Position numbers and translations under genes: made by a program. Below the pieces are notes generated by a model. That model searched no databases. It was given only the letters and a program-made list of their open reading frames with translations, and was not told the origin of the DNA. Of a stretch of DNA of 64,000 nucleotides, positions 63,292-64,000 are shown one piece after another (within the stretch, counting starts at the first letter, position 1; every line of letters starts with the position of its first letter). The stretch is from Deinococcus sp. (GTDB lineage Bacteria > Deinococcota > Deinococci > Deinococcales > Deinococcaceae), in NCBI GenBank assembly GCA_965261005.1, contig OZ253376.1, positions 1-64,000 of the forward strand. The letters run 5' to 3'.

Positions 63292-64000
63292 TTACTTGAG
63301 CGCGACGGTCAGGGACTGGCCGGGCGCAAGAGTCCAGCTGGAGACGGGCCGCCCGCCGTAGACCGTGGTCGCGCCGCCGGTCAGCCCGCTGACAAAGGCG
63401 GCGCCGCCGTTTGGCGAGGTCAAGGTGACGGTCCCCGCGCCGTAATTCACCAAGGCGCGCACGTTGCTCTTCATAAAGGTGGTGCGGCGGCTCATGTAGG
63501 CGCCCAAGTCGTCCCACTTGAGGGTGTTGAGCGGCAGGGTGCTGTAGCGGTTGTACTTGGTGAGCAGCGCGTTTTCCCAGTCACCGGCGACGCTCTTGCC
63601 GGGGGCGTACTGGTACAGATTGGCGGTGTGCATGTAGTGCGGGTAGGCGCCGCCGGCCAGCACGTGGCTGAGGGCGATGTCGGTCTCCTTGTCGAGGATT
63701 TCGGCGTAGCTGAGGGCGTGGTCCCAGTACGCGAAGGTGCCGCCGGGGCCGTACACCGAGTTGTACGACGCGCTGATCTCGGTCGGGTTGGCGGCGTCGT
63801 AGAACATGTTGGTGGGCCAGCGCGGCACCAGCAGAATGCTCGGCTTCAGGGGATGGAAGATGCCGCAGCCCGCGCAGCTCGGGTCCCACTGGCTCGCCAC
63901 CGAGTGGTTGGAGGCCAGGTAGCGGACGCCCGCCTTTTCGGCCGCCTGCAAAAAGGCGGGATTGGAGGCGCTGAGGCCGTAGTCGGTCTTGGGACCGTCG
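63292..64000 (-). CDS. Agd3-like carbohydrate deacetylase, C-terminal part (runs off the window)
   Basis: LVPRWPTNMFY and PHYMHTANL motifs; next to a GH114 gene. Confidence 0.7.
   Translation of the reverse strand, partial: DGPKTDYGLSASNPAFLQAAEKAGVRYLASNHSVASQWDPSCAGCGIFHPLKPSILLVPRWPTNMFYDAANPTEISASYNSVYGPGGTFAYWDHALSYAEILDKETDIALSHVLAGGAYPHYMHTANLYQYAPGKSVAGDWENALLTKYNRYSTLPLNTLKWDDLGAYMSRRTTFMKSNVRALVNYGAGTVTLTSPNGGAAFVSGLTGGATTVYGGRPVSSWTLAPGQSLTVALK

Overview
A high-GC accessory region, probably from a Deinococcus-like bacterium (inferred from SRE-type small repeats and protein style, not confirmed). No rRNA, tRNA or CRISPR array was seen. (1) 2-16 kb holds secreted glycan and cell-wall enzymes. 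Three tandem lipoproteins share a near-identical 395-bp double peptidoglycan-binding cassette joined to different catalytic domains (GH43, NlpC/P60, M15-type Zn peptidase). There is also a tyrosine-recombinase homolog lacking its catalytic residues, an IS6 relic, and a ricin-GH26 gene broken by a Tn3-family remnant carrying a repeat-flanked hydrolase. (2) 16.3-38.2 kb is a copper island: copZ x2, csoR, copA, a Csp-like copper-storage protein, DUF305, a two-component system, a DUF4396 operon and Mn-catalase. It contains a membrane-arm-only complex I-like operon (nuoA,H,J,K,L,M,N-like, no hydrophilic subunits) directly behind copZ-csoR, and a TTQ-motif microbial rhodopsin whose upstream region shares a repeat box with other island promoters. 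This island is the best candidate for an undescribed system. (3) A TPR-GGDEF cyclase lies downstream of a small secreted repeat peptide. (4) 40.8-64 kb holds regulators, oxidoreductases, an MFS pump, a GT4-GT4-GH130 cluster, VapBC, a preT::mmsA deletion chimera, a UDG-family gene and the end of a Pel/GAG-like polysaccharide locus. All family assignments come from reading motifs by eye.
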